Source: Trichosphaerium sp. ATCC 40318 (lineage: Eukaryota; Protista; Tubulinea). Taken from it: a DNA stretch of 64,000 nucleotides. The notes below the pieces were generated by a model. It saw only the letters and a program-made list of their open reading frames with translations, was not told the DNA's origin and made no database searches. Both the position numbers and the translations under genes were made by a program. Where the stretch lies: contig JALMLS010000328.1 in assembly GCA_038496445.1 (NCBI GenBank), positions 64,071 to 128,070 on the forward strand, in the 5' to 3' direction. Below are positions 60,842-64,000 of the stretch, one piece after another (the stretch's first letter is position 1; every line of letters starts with the position of its first letter).

Positions 60842-63781
60842 ATGAATTGTCAGTGGTTTTGGTGCGAGTGACAAAATTTTGCATTGTAGAAACTTACAAA
60901 GTACGATCTATAGGCACGGAGATAAAGCGTGGGTGAAGTATGATAAAGTGGTACGCGTTAGAGGAAAACAAGTTCAAGTGTGCTTCTAGAGCCATTATTT
61001 TCGACAGTGGTATCACATAAGTTGGTTGTTGAGCGTCAAATGCACTACAGAAAAAAGCGCCAAAACGGCCGTTTTTTTCAACTTGTTTTCGCTTCCGCTA
61101 GGCTGTGCGCTTCTAATACCCTATATGTAGGTCAACTACCGAATTGAGCAAGCTTACATCGCTAAAAAAAAGAAGTTAAACACAGATAGGTAAAATCGCG
61201 TTTATTCTATGCCAATACTTACAACATGTACCAGTGAGCGCTATGTGGACTTTGTCGAAATGCTACAAAGACGTCAAGGTGCGCTTTTTGCTGTTTTTAA
61301 ATAACTTTTTTGTCTTTTACATTTTTTTAATTTTGTAGCCTTTACAGTCCTTAAATGTAACTCACATAACGTTATAAAATACATAAATATTCTTATATTA
61401 TACTAGATGATCCAATGAAGCGCCGTGGTGTACGACAAAAAACTCTAATTGAATTTCATTTCAAAGTAATAATTTTTCAAAACAGCTTAAACGCGAGGAT
61501 GTCGCTGCTCCTCCTCTCCATTCATGCACTTTTCTTATATATGGAAAAACTGAGCATTCAGATACTATTGTGCAAGACATCACAAATGCTGGCGGTATTG
61601 TAACGCCATTCTTGACCAAGCAGGTGCGAAATCTTTAAGTGACACGTTCATCTCATTTTGCTTTTTGACACTTTCGAAACCATCAAAATTCTTATTGATA
61701 CTTTATGTTAGGTTACATTTGCTGTATGCAGCGCAGAGGAGGTACATTATAGTGTTAAATAACAGTAGTATACACTAAGGACAACTTAACTTTGATTGTT
61801 TCCTGTGATCACTCCAACACCTTTACTAGCCTTTAATGATTCTGTGCATATAGGTGGAGAAGTATTCTTGGCATGTAGAGCGCGCTGAAGCTATGGGTGT
61901 ACAAATAATAGCAGAAGATTGTGTATACGATTTGATCTCTGAGGAAATTCAATTAGAGGAAGCTGATGAGTACTACGTTGTACGTGGTTTTATTATTGAG
62001 TGAAAGAGATATTATTGTATACTATGATATAGTTGCGCCTACCTTTGTTATATTCAACTTATTGAATACCATTAACGCTATATACAAAATGCTAAACTAG
62101 AGGAAAGCAACTCTAAACTGGACGAGCTTAAAAAAGCAAACTTGGCTCTAGAGGAAAGAAATTCCAAACTACTTGCTGAATTGCAAGCTTTGAGAGCAAT
62201 GTGAGCTAATCACTCACCATGAGTTGAAAGTCTGTTTTTGTACTGTCTTGTTCCAAATAAATTCCAACTCTTTGTTACGGCCTTTACGTATTTTTTTGAT
62301 ACAGACAGAAGAAAACGTAGGAATGATTGTTGTTCCGTAGTTTTGGATGACTTTTCTAAAGCTTTTTTTTTTCTTGAACTTTTTTACAGTTTGCATTGTC
62401 AAGGAAGTCCGTAACTGATATTTGATTATGTAGGTACACTGCCTTCTTCTGAACCAAAAGAGCCTTATGATGCTGGTAACCTCGAAGCAGGTAGTATTTG
62501 GGCTGGTATTTACTCAGGAGACAGTGTACAACCGCTTTATATGCGTGTATACCATGTCAGTGCAAATGGAAGATTTTTTGGGGAATTACGATGGCCTACT
62601 GAGAACAGTACGTCTTTTATTTTGCTATACCGTCATAAAGAATTGTATTGTGATCGTGCATTTAAAAACAATCAGCTTACCAAAGTGTTTTGTAGATACT
62701 AAGACAAGATTTGTTGGAGAGTGCCAAGCTAATGATGGTATTCTGTTGGTTGAGTATGAAGTTATTTCTGGTAATAAGTCTATGGAAGGTCTCCCACGGC
62801 GCTATATGGGAAAACTGACTGAGGTATGTTCTGTTAGTATTGTGGAGTCAGTGATGTCGGCAGTTTAAGTGTCACATCATCGTCGTCAGTACAATGTTTT
62901 TTGTTTGATTATCTTTCTGTACAAATTTGTGGAAGAACGTTTTTTTATAAAACCAAGATGTCTTTGTTCAAACTGAAGCAGCTCTATTATACAGCTTTAG
63001 AATTTCTTTGCAAAATCACTGCGGAGATTATTTTGGTGTCACTTTTTTTGTTTGATTTTTGTTTTGTTTTTAACTCAGAGTGTAGGGCAAGAAAATAGCA
63101 GGAAATGTTGACGATGGTAATTTCTCACTTACTTTCAGTAAAAGCGACAAGTCAGGTTCGTACAGTTGTTTTCATTTCTCAAGTTTGTCGCCTATTTTAA
63201 TTTCTTAGAGTTTTTTTCAAAACATTCTAGTTCGTTCCTTGTTGTTACGCTCACAGTAATTTCTATGTTTTTTCTTCACCCAACGATGGTGTATTCTGCT
63301 ACGTCTTCTCTATAGAGAATTTTTTCAGAAAAATAAAGCGTCTCAACACGTGCATACACTTTCTTATTCAGAACCTAATTTTTTTTGTTTTTTTTAGATA
63401 AGAACCTTCCGTTTATTAAAACGAGGTCTCAATGGAAGGGATCATTTCAAAGCAATTATAAATTTGATTGGCTTATTACCAAAAAGACAAAAGCTGGTAA
63501 GATTGAGGGTAACCTATCTTGGACATCTTTGAATGTTAAGACAAAATTCGAAGGTGAGTTACGACTAATTTTTTTCTTATTTTTTTACGATTTTTCTTCC
63601 GTTAGGTATTGCAAAGAATAACAAGGTTGAGTTCAATGAACTGGAGGTAGTTGATGGTGATGAAGATGCTGTTGAACTTGGTGAATATAAAGGAACAATT
63701 ACTAAACCAGATAAAGTTTCTGGTACTGTAAAATCTGAGAATTTCTTAGGACAATTTGAAATTGATATCAAAAAGAAATAA
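60842..63781 (+). CDS. WWE + BRCT + coiled coil + two beta-rich repeats, multi-exon
   Basis: MNCQWFW|HGDKAWVKYDKV|VNYRIEQAY...RYVDFVEMLQRR (WWE); FLIYGK...ITNAGGIV...VTFAVCS...GVQIIAEDCVYD (BRCT). The join to the 62434-63781 exons is inferred. Confidence 0.72.
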
Positions 63782-64000
63782 ATGTCTTTTACTTTACTTT
63801 ACTTTTATTTGTCTGCATTCCTTGAAGCGGCTTGTTCTAAGACAGACATACAATGTTACCCATCAAGAGCTCCCAATGCGAGGAAAGACTTTCAGGAACG
63901 CCAGCTACTTTGCCGGACCGTAACAGTGAGGAAGCGAGCCTCTGCCCTTAGCGTTGATCATGTGGTCAGGCTATAAAAGCCGACCAAGTTCGAAGATGGG

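Noticed and set aside
60952-60995. Upstream ATG for the MAP2K at 60995
   Set aside because: It lies in an intron of the + strand WWE gene; ATG 60738 gives a clean in-frame first exon
1-64000. Contiguous endogenous giant virus
   Set aside because: No capsid, polymerase, packaging ATPase or other core genes; virus-like genes are scattered singly among intron-rich host genes

Overview
Eukaryotic nuclear DNA (~35% GC) with many short GT-AG introns and the standard genetic code. The host is probably an amoebozoan protist, inferred from a Shk-like TKL kinase-SH2 gene and a Zn2Cys6 factor. Intron-rich host genes, spliced by hand, include a Zn2Cys6 TF, a LamG surface protein, an atypical Rab, two EGF-multipass membrane paralogs, a GT64 glycosyltransferase, a PAXX-like protein, an ARM-TKL-SH2 kinase, an arylsulfatase, a MYND protein, a MAP2K and a WWE-BRCT protein. 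These are interleaved with mostly intronless F-box-like+LRR and F-box-like+MORN genes resembling giant-virus families, decayed copies of them, and a 1.2-kb inverted duplication. The standout observation is at 848-924 (-): a circularly permuted tRNA-Lys(UUU) gene (3' half, TTAT linker, 5' half) whose halves join exactly at position 41/42 of the anticodon stem into a perfect 73-nt cloverleaf. A normal tRNA-Trp(CCA) lies at 19226-19297. Exon boundaries and family assignments were made by eye without database searches.
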